Of a stretch of DNA of 49,421 nt, positions 1 to 9,649 are shown one piece after another. The DNA lies in assembly GCA_016936135.1 (NCBI GenBank), contig JAFGPP010000117.1:1-49421 (forward strand), read 5' to 3'. The DNA is from Thermoplasmatota archaeon. GTDB taxonomy: Archaea > Thermoplasmatota > E2 > DHVEG-1. Below the pieces are notes generated by a model. The model saw nothing but the letters and a program-made list of their open reading frames with translations, was not told where the DNA came from and made no database searches. The position numbers and the translations under genes were made by a program. The first letter of the stretch is position 1, and every line of letters begins with the position of its first letter.

Positions 1-164
1 AGAAAAAACATTTGTAAAAAGAAAAAAGTAGCGCAATTCATCACCCAAACTAAAGTTTGGGGATTTCTTGCTTACAAAATGTTAATTAATCATTTAGTTT
101 AGTAACAAATATCAACTTAAGTAAATAGTAACATTTTATAATCTGAAATTTTTATTATAATCTA

Positions 165-1196
165 ATGATTGGAATATCATATCACAAAGATTACGATAAA
201 TACGATCTTGGAACTGATCACCCTCTAATCGGAGATAAACCAACAAAGTTTATGAAATTTATAGAGGAAAAGAAAATTATTGAGTATTGTGACATATTTA
301 CTCCAAAAAAGGCCGATGTAAAATATCTACTGAAAGTTCATACCAAAGAGTATGTAAAAAGAATTGAGGAATTAAGTAAAACAGGCGGAAGACTATCACT
401 TGATACACCTGCACCAAAGGGAATTTTTGAGTACGCCTGTCTTGCAACTGGTGGAACAATTCTTGCCGGTGTTAAATTATTTGATAAATATAACATCACG
501 GTCAATCCTCTTGCTGGTTTCCATCATGCTGGAATATCTTCCTCTTCAGGCTTTTGTTTTTTTAATGATATTGCAGTGGTTATCGAATATATAAGGGAGC
601 AATACAATATAAAAAAGTTTATGATAGTAGATCTAGACGTTCATCATGGAAATGGAACACAGGAAATTTACTATAGCGATCCAACTGTCTTGTCTATTTC
701 GTTTCATCAAAATGGCAACACTTTATACCCTGGGACCGGTTTTATAGAAGAAATCGGTGAAGGGGAGGGAAAAGGTTTCAACGTAAATCTGCCTTTGCCT
801 CCTGGAACGGGCAATTTAAATTATCTAAAAGCATTTGATAGTATAATTCCCGCACTGTCATCTCAATTTAAACCAGAGATTATAATATATCAGTCAGGCG
901 TAGATACCCATCACGCTGATCCACTTGCCGATCTGAATCTTACATATCAGACATATTATAATCTTGCATTAAGAATGAAAGAAATATCGAATTCAACATG
1001 CAACAAACTTTTGGTATTATTTGGTGGAGGTTATAACAGCACTTCATGCATAAAATCATATTACAACATTTTTTGTGGCTTATTGGGAGAAAAAGGATTT
1101 ATAAAAGAAAATGTGTTCCCAGACTACAGCGGAGGCAAGATAGACAAATTAATTGATGAGATAAAAACTCAGTTGTCACTATATTGGAATTTTTGA
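165..1196 (+). CDS. Zn-dependent histone deacetylase family protein (AcuC-like lysine deacetylase)
   Basis: 343 aa. Motifs GFHHAG, GFCFFNDIAV, DLDVHHGNGTQ and GGGYN are typical of the arginase/HDAC superfamily. Confidence 0.85.
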   Translation: MIGISYHKDYDKYDLGTDHPLIGDKPTKFMKFIEEKKIIEYCDIFTPKKADVKYLLKVHTKEYVKRIEELSKTGGRLSLDTPAPKGIFEYACLATGGTILAGVKLFDKYNITVNPLAGFHHAGISSSSGFCFFNDIAVVIEYIREQYNIKKFMIVDLDVHHGNGTQEIYYSDPTVLSISFHQNGNTLYPGTGFIEEIGEGEGKGFNVNLPLPPGTGNLNYLKAFDSIIPALSSQFKPEIIIYQSGVDTHHADPLADLNLTYQTYYNLALRMKEISNSTCNKLLVLFGGGYNSTSCIKSYYNIFCGLLGEKGFIKENVFPDYSGGKIDKLIDEIKTQLSLYWNF

Positions 1197-1277
1197 TTTA
1201 TTTAATTTCGGTAACAAAGCTTATTATTACCATTTAGATATCGACCGCAGGTACCCACCATTTTAGAGGGCAAATCC

Positions 1278-3944
1278 ATGGGCGTTCAAAAACTAGATAA
1301 ACTGTTCAAACCAAACAGCATCGCAGTAATAGGTGCTTCAGATAAAATTGGCAAAGCAGGCTATAGAATTTTTCGAAATCTAATTGGATCCGGATACGAA
1401 GGGGTCGTTTATCCAGTAAATCCCACTAAAGAAAGCATCCAAGGAATCCATACATATAAAAATATTAATGAAGTTCCTAAAGTAGTAGATTTAGCAATTA
1501 TTGTAACCCCTGCAAGAGCCGTTTGTGAAGTTGTAGAACAATGCGGAAAACGCGGTGTAAAAGGGATATTAATAATTTCTGCAGGTTTCAAGGAGATTGG
1601 GGAGGAGGGAAAGAAATTAGAAAATAAACTTTTAAAAATTAAAAAAAAATATGGATTAAGAATTGTTGGTCCCAACTGTGTCGGTTACATTTTACCTTAC
1701 TTAAACATGAATGCAACTTTTGCGGGATCTATGCCTGAAAAAGGTAATATTGCCTTATTTTCTCAAAGTGGTGCGGTTTGTGGAGCAATTCTTGATTGGG
1801 CTGCAGCTGCTAAAGTAGGATTCAGTTCATTTATTTCTGTTGGTTCAATGCTTGATGTAGATTTTGGAGACCTTATTGACTATTTTGGTAGAGATGCACA
1901 CACAAGAAGTATCGTGCTCTATGCCGAATCAATTACAAATGCTAGAAAATTCATGAGTGCAGCAAGAGCTTTTGCTCGTGTTAAACCAATCATTGTAATC
2001 AAGTCTGGAAGATACTCAGAAGGTGCCAAAGCAGCTTCTTCTCATACAGGGGCAATGGCAGGTGAAGACTACATAAACGATGCGGCTTTCAAAAGAGCGG
2101 GAATGGTTCGTGTTAAAAATATTCAGGACTTATTTAATGTTTCATCAATTCTAGCCAAACAACCCAGACCAACAGGTCCAAATATCGCTATAATTACAAA
2201 TGCAGGAGGCCCCGGTGTTCTTGCTACCGATGCGATTATTGAACAAGGGGGCAAGCTGGCGAATTTATCTGCTGAAACAATGGTACAACTAAATGAGTTT
2301 CTACCTTCACATTGGAGTAAAAGTAATCCTATTGATATTATCGGTGATAGCGATGAAGAGGTTTACAAAAAGACAATGGAAGTTTGCCTTCAAGACAAAA
2401 ATATTGATGGGTTGCTAATTATTTGTGTTCCTCAAGTTATGGCTAACCCCAAAAATTTAGCAGACAATATAATTGACATATCAAAAAGATCGACAAAACC
2501 AATTTTAACGTCATTTCCTGGTGAGGCTAGCGTTCAATACGCAAGACAACTTTTAAACAATAACAATGTCCCAACATATTCTACACCAGAGGAGGCCGTA
2601 GAGTCATACATGTATCTTTACAGATATGCTAGAAATCTTCAGTTATTGTTTGAAACCCCTGAGGAAAGAAATATAATTCAAGTTGAAAATCATCAAAAAA
2701 GACTCAAGGAAATTATAAATACCGCCTTGAAGGACAAAAGAACGTTATTAAGTGAAAGCGAGGCGAAGGAATTTATCGAACTTTATGGAATAAAGTCAAC
2801 TAGACCAATTTTTGCAAAAGACGAAAATGCTGCTGTTGAAACATCTGAAAAAATAGGTTATCCGATTGTAATGAAAATTCAATCACCACAGATATCACAT
2901 AAAAGTGATGCCGGTGGTGTTGCATTAAACGTTAATTGTGAGAAAGATGTAAGAGAAGCATTTAGAAATATGATGACAAAGGTGAAAAAGAATGTACCTG
3001 ATGCAACAATTGAGGGGGTAACAATTCAAAAAATGGTAGAAAACAAAGGTTCTGAATTCATACTTGGTTCAAAAAAAGATCCAGTATTTGGTTCCGTAAT
3101 CCTATTTGGATTGGGGGGCATATTTACCGAACTTTTCAAGGATAGATCAATTGGTTTTCCACCACTTAGCCAAGTGCTCGTCCAACGGATAATAGAAAAA
3201 ACAAAGGCCTATGAATTACTGAAAGGGTACAGAAACATTCCACCTGTCGATATGGCAAAAGTTGAAGAAACCATAATCAATTTTTCCCAGCTTATCGAAG
3301 AACATCCTGAAATACAAGAAATTGATATAAATCCTCTAGCACCATCTGGTAATGATCTTATTGCATTAGATGCGCGCATAGTAATTGATGAAAATCCAGA
3401 AGGAAAACCTCACCTTATAATTGGTAGATATCCAAATCAATATATTTCGCATGTAAAACTCAAAGATGGTACCGAAGTAATTTTGAGACCAATTAAACCT
3501 GAAGACGAATATATGTGGCTAGAAATGTTTAAGAGCTTCTCCGAGGAAACAGTTAGATTCAGGTTTTTCAGATTGGTTAAAGATACGCCTCACGAAATGC
3601 GCACTCGCTATTGTAACATTGATTATGACAGAGAAATCGCAATTGTCGCGGAAATAACAGAAAATGGAAAGAGACGATTGCTTGGAGTTTCCAGAATAAT
3701 TATGAGTCCAGGAAATGAAAAAGAAGCAGAGTTTGCAATAGTCGTAAGTGATAAATGGCAACGTTTAGGTCTAGGATCTGAACTAGTTGATCATACAATT
3801 GCAATTGTTAAGAATAGAAAGTTGGAGAGAATACATGGAACAGTACTAAAGGACAACACCCCCATGATTGCTTTATGTAAGGAAAAGAAATTCAAGATAA
3901 CAGAAGGAGACCCTGGGGAATATAAAATCGAATATCATCTATAA
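1278..3944 (+). CDS. Fused ADP-forming acyl-CoA synthetase (alpha+beta) with C-terminal GNAT acetyltransferase domain (Pat/YfiQ-like architecture)
   Basis: 888 aa. CoA-binding N-terminus (IAVIGASDK), succinyl-CoA-synthetase-like loop SSHTGAMAG, ATP-grasp region (KSDAGGVALNV) and C-terminal GNAT motif A (WQRLGLGSEL). Confidence 0.85.
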   Translation: MGVQKLDKLFKPNSIAVIGASDKIGKAGYRIFRNLIGSGYEGVVYPVNPTKESIQGIHTYKNINEVPKVVDLAIIVTPARAVCEVVEQCGKRGVKGILIISAGFKEIGEEGKKLENKLLKIKKKYGLRIVGPNCVGYILPYLNMNATFAGSMPEKGNIALFSQSGAVCGAILDWAAAAKVGFSSFISVGSMLDVDFGDLIDYFGRDAHTRSIVLYAESITNARKFMSAARAFARVKPIIVIKSGRYSEGAKAASSHTGAMAGEDYINDAAFKRAGMVRVKNIQDLFNVSSILAKQPRPTGPNIAIITNAGGPGVLATDAIIEQGGKLANLSAETMVQLNEFLPSHWSKSNPIDIIGDSDEEVYKKTMEVCLQDKNIDGLLIICVPQVMANPKNLADNIIDISKRSTKPILTSFPGEASVQYARQLLNNNNVPTYSTPEEAVESYMYLYRYARNLQLLFETPEERNIIQVENHQKRLKEIINTALKDKRTLLSESEAKEFIELYGIKSTRPIFAKDENAAVETSEKIGYPIVMKIQSPQISHKSDAGGVALNVNCEKDVREAFRNMMTKVKKNVPDATIEGVTIQKMVENKGSEFILGSKKDPVFGSVILFGLGGIFTELFKDRSIGFPPLSQVLVQRIIEKTKAYELLKGYRNIPPVDMAKVEETIINFSQLIEEHPEIQEIDINPLAPSGNDLIALDARIVIDENPEGKPHLIIGRYPNQYISHVKLKDGTEVILRPIKPEDEYMWLEMFKSFSEETVRFRFFRLVKDTPHEMRTRYCNIDYDREIAIVAEITENGKRRLLGVSRIIMSPGNEKEAEFAIVVSDKWQRLGLGSELVDHTIAIVKNRKLERIHGTVLKDNTPMIALCKEKKFKITEGDPGEYKIEYHL

Positions 3945-4001
3945 GTACCACATTTTTAAAAATTAAAACAACAATTATTTCATCAAAATAAAAGAGAGTT
4001 T

Positions 4002-4025
4002 GGGAAACTGAAAATAAAGTTTCCC
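4002..4025. terminator. Hairpin between convergent genes (GGGAAAC-N10-GTTTCCC)
   Basis: Perfect 7-nt inverted repeat in the 100-bp gap between the ACD-GNAT stop and the PRC-barrel gene stop. A/T runs flank it. Confidence 0.3.
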
Positions 4026-4045
4026 TAATTTGAGATTCTTTTGCC

Positions 4046-4717
4046 CTAATATTGATATTGAGGTGGGTGCTGTTGGTTTTGATTCCAATTCCAACCTTGA
4101 TGACCTTGACCTTGCCATGCAGGTTGTGACCATCCTTGCTGATTGGTTTGTTGCGAGTTGAAACAATGATTTTGTTCCCAATAACCCTTTAATTCATCGA
4201 GAGTTTTGTCAAGTGTTATTGTATCTTTTACATGGTACACAAAGTTTGGTGGAATTGGCAACAATGTGTTATATGGAAATCTCCAGACATCACAAAGATA
4301 CGGGTCTAACCATACACCATAGTGCTGATAAGTGCCGTTGCTTTCTACCCAACCCCAGAATGTACCAACTCTAGAGTTATTCTTGTCATATACTGGTTTT
4401 TCAAATAGTTCATCTGTTGGGCAAGTTGACGTGCCACATGGAACTGCTTTGTTCCAAAATCGGCAAAGATCGTCCATTGATTTGTTGAGTGTCACGCGGT
4501 CATCTGTTTGCCTTATATAGTCACTGTATATTGGAATGAGTTTGCTTGTTCCTCTGAACCATGTATCTCTGGTGTTTTGATATGTTTTAATACCAAAGAA
4601 ATATCCAGGATATTCTTGGTTCCAACTGTTCCATGTCTTATCAATGGTACCAATGGCGTTACCATTTACATCTACAACTTCTTTTCCTACTAATTCATTT
4701 GGATTATACACCTTCAC
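4046..4717 (-). CDS. Tandem PRC-barrel domain protein with Q/N/W-rich C-terminal tail
   Basis: 223 aa with GTG start preceded by GGAGGG. Two PRC-barrel-like segments (LVGKEVVDVNGNAIGTIDK; EKPVYDKNNSRVGTFWGWVE). Tail is QQTNQQGWSQPAWQGQGHQGWNWNQNQQHPPQYQY. Confidence 0.6.
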   Translation of the reverse strand: MKVYNPNELVGKEVVDVNGNAIGTIDKTWNSWNQEYPGYFFGIKTYQNTRDTWFRGTSKLIPIYSDYIRQTDDRVTLNKSMDDLCRFWNKAVPCGTSTCPTDELFEKPVYDKNNSRVGTFWGWVESNGTYQHYGVWLDPYLCDVWRFPYNTLLPIPPNFVYHVKDTITLDKTLDELKGYWEQNHCFNSQQTNQQGWSQPAWQGQGHQGWNWNQNQQHPPQYQY

Positions 4718-5329
4718 TATCTTCCCTCCTAGTAAAGTTATAATGCATATAATTAGTGATATATAAAGTTGTTTACAATGGGAGTTTTATATTGAACACT
4801 AACACTAGCTTCCTTTTTACATTCTATTTGTTTCATTTTATTTCACCAATTTAAAATAAAATTCCTTCCTAATAAAGGATAGTAAACCCCCACTTTTACC
4901 AGAAAAGTTTAAAGAGCTACAAGGGTTGGCATAAAGATAATCAATTAACTTTCTCCAGAAAGTAGGGTATTTTGCCACTTTTATTAAGATAATTTAAAAT
5001 TTCTTTAGTATTAGTTTTCTTTATAACACTATTAAAGAAAATCAATAATTAAATTAATGGCAAATCCTTGGGTAATTTGTGTGTAAATCCTGGGGTTATC
5101 ATAATGATAACATCATTACCCCATATGAGCTATCCTGGGGTTATAATTAAAACCAAAGGTTTTCTAGTGAAATTTATATTAATACATTTAATTTGTAAAT
5201 AATTACACAATTATCTAAATAAAAATTGAAAAAATCCTATTTTGAACCACATTTTTGCAATAAAGCTTTTATAATACAACGAGATTTATTTATTTGAAGG
5301 AATTGCTAAAAGATATTGGGGGAAATAAA

Positions 5330-6325
5330 ATGAAAAGAAAAATCATAGGTTTTTTAGTTTGTACGCTTTTAATTACGACAATATTGCCAATTACAGTTTC
5401 TTCAGATTATCCATCTAACAACATTATCTACGTTGATGATGACAACATAGATGGTCCGTGGGATGGTAGCCAAGAACATCCTTATCGCCTAATTGCAGAT
5501 GGTATTGATGCAACTGTTGATGGTGACACAGTCTATGTCTACAGCGGAACCTATTTTGAAAATTTTTCGATTAGGAAATCAATTTGTTTGGAGGGAGAAA
5601 ACAAGGAAACCACTATTATTGATGGTGGTAACCTGAAACAAGTTGATGTTATCGATATCATTTGTAGCAATGTCACTGTTAAGCGATTTTCGATTATAAA
5701 TGGAGACGATGGTATAGACGTATATAGTAAAGTTGATAATATTACAATTTCTGAGAATATAATAAAATATAATATAGGACAAGGTCTTGTTTTCTTCAAT
5801 TCAAATCGGAATACAATTACACACAATATAATTAGAAAAAATGGAGATATCAGTGAACCTTTTTCTGGGGGAATTTTATTCATAAATTCAAGTAATAACA
5901 ATATTAGTGGAAACATTGTTTCAGGTAATTTTAACTTTGGAATTTCGATTTTTCTTTTATATAATAGCATCGTTTCAGGAAATAGTATCACTTATAACCT
6001 TGGTACTGGCCTTGAGTTACAACATTCATATGATACTGTTATAGTTAGGAATAACTTTATAAAAAATGGTCAGAAGACGAGCGCTTTTTTGTTAGGAGAT
6101 TTAGCAGATAATGCAATGTTTCATTATTCAATGTTTCCCGAGAGACCATACAATAACAGTTGGGACAAAAATTTTTGGAATAGAGGCCGGATATTACCAA
6201 AACCGATATTTGGTATGTATTCATCTGCAACAAGGTTGCCTATTTTTTTGCCTTGGATTACTTTTGACTGGCATCCAACACTTAAACCTTATGACATTCA
6301 GGTTCCAGAAGGGACTTTTTTCTAA
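5330..6325 (+). CDS. Secreted right-handed parallel beta-helix repeat protein (NosD/PbH1-like)
   Basis: Track ORF starts at TTG 5294. The in-frame ATG at 5330 follows GGGGG and yields signal peptide MKRKIIGFLVCTLLITTILPITVSS. Repeated ~22-aa units (ITISENII, NTITHNII, NNISGNIV, SIVSGNSI) are typical of beta-helix repeats. Confidence 0.7.
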   Translation: MKRKIIGFLVCTLLITTILPITVSSDYPSNNIIYVDDDNIDGPWDGSQEHPYRLIADGIDATVDGDTVYVYSGTYFENFSIRKSICLEGENKETTIIDGGNLKQVDVIDIICSNVTVKRFSIINGDDGIDVYSKVDNITISENIIKYNIGQGLVFFNSNRNTITHNIIRKNGDISEPFSGGILFINSSNNNISGNIVSGNFNFGISIFLLYNSIVSGNSITYNLGTGLELQHSYDTVIVRNNFIKNGQKTSAFLLGDLADNAMFHYSMFPERPYNNSWDKNFWNRGRILPKPIFGMYSSATRLPIFLPWITFDWHPTLKPYDIQVPEGTFF

Positions 6326-6702
6326 TAACATAGTGTGATGTGTTGGGTGGCCAAGCCCCATAGTTAAAATAATAAATTAATTTATTATAGTAGTCCCCCC
6401 TCAAAGACTATACATATGAGGGTAATTTTCCCAGGAAATTTGAAATTGACGTCAATTAAAATTCATTTGAAAGTAGGAAAATCAATTAAAAAGTATAATA
6501 TTTTAGGGGAAAAACGACGCTTCTAACCACTATTAATATGATAGTTATGATGGTGGGTTTTTTGTCAGTCCCATGATGTCATTCCCCATATACGATAGAG
6601 CCATATGAGGGTTATGAGGGTGTTCAGTAATTTTTATTTCTTTGGAGAAAAAAATATATAATAAATCAAAAGTTATCCCAATATCCCTTATATTTGCTCA
6701 GT

Positions 6703-7971
6703 TCAAATTAGCTTTATTCCCCGATAAGCAAGTTGTTGTTTATCTTTTATCGTAGGTCTGTAATCAGTGACGGGGATAATATTTTGGCCGTGCATTGCTA
6801 TTCCAAATTGAACGACATTTATTGGATAGTCGTATCGGTATTTTATGCACCATTCTCTGCAATTTATATATAATTTTTTAGCAAATTCATAGTTGTTTAT
6901 TGATGGTTTGCAATTTGAGTTAAGCCACATCAAAAAGCCATCTTCCTTTATCTTTCCCTTCTGAAAAATTTCAATAACTTGGTATTTGTCCATCTGGTGA
7001 GATAACCTCCACTTGTTATTCCTCAGATTTGACACACCCTCCAGGGTATAGGCTAAAAATGCAGATTTATTCTCTTCTTTCGAGTATCGAGAAATTATAG
7101 TATCATCTGGTTCAAAGGTGTGAGGACATTCGATGAATTGCCAACGCCTATAGAATCCATCATCGGCAGTATCTTCATCAATTAAAGGAATTTTATTGCT
7201 GGAAAAAAACAATTTGGCGATACTTTCATATTCGAATGGATTCTGGTGCTTGAACTGCAATGTAACTGCATCGCCCCCAGTAAAATTTTTTATTCTTCCA
7301 TAATTTCGGCCTTTTACAACAGTTGGGACATCAGAAGAAATATTTCCTCGTTTTTGGTAAATTTGTGCATTGGTGAATTTCTCTCCCAATTGATTCAAAT
7401 TAAGATTTGAGATATTATCTTTTGTAAGCCAACGGCCCAATATGTTAAGAATGGTTGACTTGCCAGAATCATTTGGACCGTAAAGATAAATTAGTTTTTT
7501 TGTAACATAATGCGGGGCGAGAATATTGCCCACCGCATCTTGAAAAGTCTCGGAATTTGCCTTGCTCATTATTTGCTCCACAAACTTATGGATGGGCTCA
7601 CTGTCAATTGATTTATCATATGTAACGGGTATACGAAAGTCAACAAATTTACTCGGGGTGTGTTTTTCCAATTTCAATGTATCAAGATTAATTAACCCAT
7701 TATTTACGCAAATGTAATTGTGCTTTATATCTTGAAGATTTGTATATGTAGATCGTTCAATGTAACCCAGCACTTCGGCTACTCTTCCACCACTTGTCTC
7801 ATCACCAAGGTTCCTGTTAATTTCTTTTTTTAAAATTGGCACAGAATTTTTGTATTCATAAAATCCGTTTCTATAAATGTAGATTCTGCCCGAGTTCATG
7901 TCGGTTTTTATATGGTTCACCTTAAGTAACGCATCACCAAGAATTTTTGTGTTGAATGCCACTGTTATCAC
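6703..7971 (-). CDS. D5/P4-family SF3 helicase (phage/plasmid primase C-terminal NTPase)
   Basis: 422 aa with GTG start overlapping the upstream stop. Walker A is YLYGPNDSGKSTILNIL. D5_N-like N-terminal region; no obvious AEP or toprim primase motifs seen. Confidence 0.8.
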   Translation of the reverse strand: MITVAFNTKILGDALLKVNHIKTDMNSGRIYIYRNGFYEYKNSVPILKKEINRNLGDETSGGRVAEVLGYIERSTYTNLQDIKHNYICVNNGLINLDTLKLEKHTPSKFVDFRIPVTYDKSIDSEPIHKFVEQIMSKANSETFQDAVGNILAPHYVTKKLIYLYGPNDSGKSTILNILGRWLTKDNISNLNLNQLGEKFTNAQIYQKRGNISSDVPTVVKGRNYGRIKNFTGGDAVTLQFKHQNPFEYESIAKLFFSSNKIPLIDEDTADDGFYRRWQFIECPHTFEPDDTIISRYSKEENKSAFLAYTLEGVSNLRNNKWRLSHQMDKYQVIEIFQKGKIKEDGFLMWLNSNCKPSINNYEFAKKLYINCREWCIKYRYDYPINVVQFGIAMHGQNIIPVTDYRPTIKDKQQLAYRGIKLI

Positions 7972-8171
7972 CTCTGCTTCGGCACTGACTCACAAACACT
8001 GATTATTCTACTCAGGGCAATTACTTCATGGTTACTTTTCTTATCTAAAAAAAGACTATTATCGTTGATTTTCTTAAGTATTCCAAAAGATGCAAAATTA
8101 TCTGTCTTCACTACCTTACAATACTTGCCTAAAAAATATTTGATTTCTTCCTTTTTTATTCCTTCTGACAT
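7968..8171 (-). CDS. Small hypothetical protein of the element (possible SH3/Sm-like beta-barrel)
   Basis: 67 aa, translationally coupled to the helicase by a 4-nt overlap. The alternating pattern CKVVKTDNFASFGILKKINDNSLFL suggests a small barrel; no firm family assignment. Confidence 0.45.
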   Translation of the reverse strand: MSEGIKKEEIKYFLGKYCKVVKTDNFASFGILKKINDNSLFLDKKSNHEVIALSRIISVCESVPKQR

Positions 8172-8371
8172 CCGTCATATTCCATCGCCAGGTCATTTAG
8201 ACCAAAAGCCTCAAGCGCGTTGGCTCCACATCCCCATACCAATATGGATTAACATCCATTTAAAATTATGGTATTCCTTCTGTAAATCATTTAAAAAAGA
8301 CAGGGGAATAATTGTATTTAGAACAATCAAATAATTGCTACAGTGGATTTATCTAAAAATTTGCCAACAGG

Positions 8372-9649
8372 TTATAACTCCTCTTTGTAGGGTTTCTTCT
8401 TTACACTTTTTAAATCCAGTTTGTATTGATCAGTGGCTACTTTTAAAGCATCTTGATATCTTTTATTGAACTCTTCTTCATTTTCTAGTTCTGTTTCCTG
8501 AATGGTAATGGTCTTAGTGAAAAAGTCAACAAACTCATTAAACCTTTTATTGACACCATCTAGTTGTTCTTGTAGTGATTCTATTTGGTCTTGATTCATC
8601 GGGCGTTCATACACAAATAACTTATGGCAACCATTCAGGTATTCTTGTGCGTGTTCTTCATATGTCCATCTATCATAGGGTTCCTCATGTCCTAGCCACA
8701 ATTCCACCATGTCCCTTTTACACACATCTTTAAGTCTTGTGTTAAAAAACTTACGCAACGTGTAAAGTCTAACTACATACCAACCAGTCTTTGGGTCTTT
8801 TTCACCTAAGCCTGTTTCCCTAAGACAACGATTCCATTTATCTCTTATGGTTTGTGGCTCATAAGGAAAGATTCGTTTGATACTATCTGAGAATTCTTCC
8901 TGTGTGATTTTCTTTTTGTTTTTGTAGATTGACCATCCATCATCTAATTGTATGAAATCATATCCTAGTTTTTGAAATTTCTCTCTATCGAAATGTGACT
9001 TTTTACAAGCTTCAATAATTAGTTTGGTTCTGCGTTTTAACCATTCATGAACTGCTTTTGTTGCTTCAGGACTCATAAAGGTAAATCTATACGCCTTATC
9101 TTTTGCTACCTCTGCTCTTACATTAACTTTAACAGGATACTTGCTCCACTCGATATCATCAATAGTCATCCTGCATAGTTCTTCTTCCCTACAACCTGAT
9201 GAAGCCATCATTAAAAAGAAAGCCCTCTCTAAAGCATCAGCGTGTTGTAATATACCTTGTAATTCTGCTACGGTTGGTATTCTATCCCTAGCTGTTGTCT
9301 TGGGTAACTTACCTCTCCTTTGAATCTTTCGTATGTATGAAGGACTAACGACAACATCATGTTCATCAAGAAATAATCGCACTGATGCAAGATAGTTGGT
9401 TATTGTTGTTCCCTCCAAGTTTTTCTCAGTTGATAGATAAGAACGAAATTCTCGAAAGTCTTTTTTGATGTCTCTGGTTTTGTCCTTTATGTATGCCTCT
9501 GGTTTTATTTTTACAAACTTAAAAAATGTTTTAAGTCTGGAACTGTGATTTCTTCTTGTACCAATTGAGTCAAAATCCTTAATCCAATTTTCTATTAAAT
9601 CCATCATTCTACCCCTTATGATTTCAATATAATTTACCCCTGTTAACAA
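8372..9649 (-). CDS. Tyrosine recombinase/integrase with C-terminal coiled-coil extension
   Basis: 425 aa. SAM-like N-domain (TITNYLASVRLFLDEH), box I SSGCREEELCRM, box II-like YTLRKFFNTRL (Tyr where His is usual) and LGHEEPYDRWTYEEH. Roughly 70-aa E/K/Q-rich tail. Confidence 0.8.
   Translation of the reverse strand: MLTGVNYIEIIRGRMMDLIENWIKDFDSIGTRRNHSSRLKTFFKFVKIKPEAYIKDKTRDIKKDFREFRSYLSTEKNLEGTTITNYLASVRLFLDEHDVVVSPSYIRKIQRRGKLPKTTARDRIPTVAELQGILQHADALERAFFLMMASSGCREEELCRMTIDDIEWSKYPVKVNVRAEVAKDKAYRFTFMSPEATKAVHEWLKRRTKLIIEACKKSHFDREKFQKLGYDFIQLDDGWSIYKNKKKITQEEFSDSIKRIFPYEPQTIRDKWNRCLRETGLGEKDPKTGWYVVRLYTLRKFFNTRLKDVCKRDMVELWLGHEEPYDRWTYEEHAQEYLNGCHKLFVYERPMNQDQIESLQEQLDGVNKRFNEFVDFFTKTITIQETELENEEEFNKRYQDALKVATDQYKLDLKSVKKKPYKEEL

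Larger units (their letters stand above)
6703..9649 (-). mobile_element. Core of an integrated element: tyrosine integrase, 67-aa ORF and D5/P4-type SF3 helicase
   Basis: Three co-oriented genes typical of small archaeal integrated plasmids or proviruses. True borders (att sites) not identified; flanks carry palindromes and short repeats. Confidence 0.6.

Noticed and set aside
40-85. Hairpin CCCAAAC-taaa-GTTTGGG near the window start
   Set aside because: It is an isolated 7-bp stem with no adjacent gene end visible in the window, so it cannot be interpreted.
4753-4836. 27-codon minus-strand ORF with GGTGA upstream, ahead of the PRC-barrel gene
   Set aside because: It is too short and featureless to support. 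Noted only because of the SD-like motif.
5551-5991. 146-aa and 67-aa minus-strand ORFs inside the beta-helix gene
   Set aside because: These are shadow ORFs. The plus-strand frame shows periodic beta-helix repeats and a signal peptide.
8195-8240. Relatively GC-rich patch (GCCTCAAGCGCGTTGGCTCC) considered as a tRNA fragment or att site for the integrase
   Set aside because: I could not fold it into any tRNA arm set, there is no T-loop (GTTCRAAT), and similarity to the tRNA-Leu D/anticodon region is patchy and needs gaps.
8065-8334. 89-aa plus-strand ORF (TTG start) between the integrase and the small element ORF
   Set aside because: It overlaps the 67-aa gene antisense, uses a non-ATG start without an SD, and has no recognisable features.
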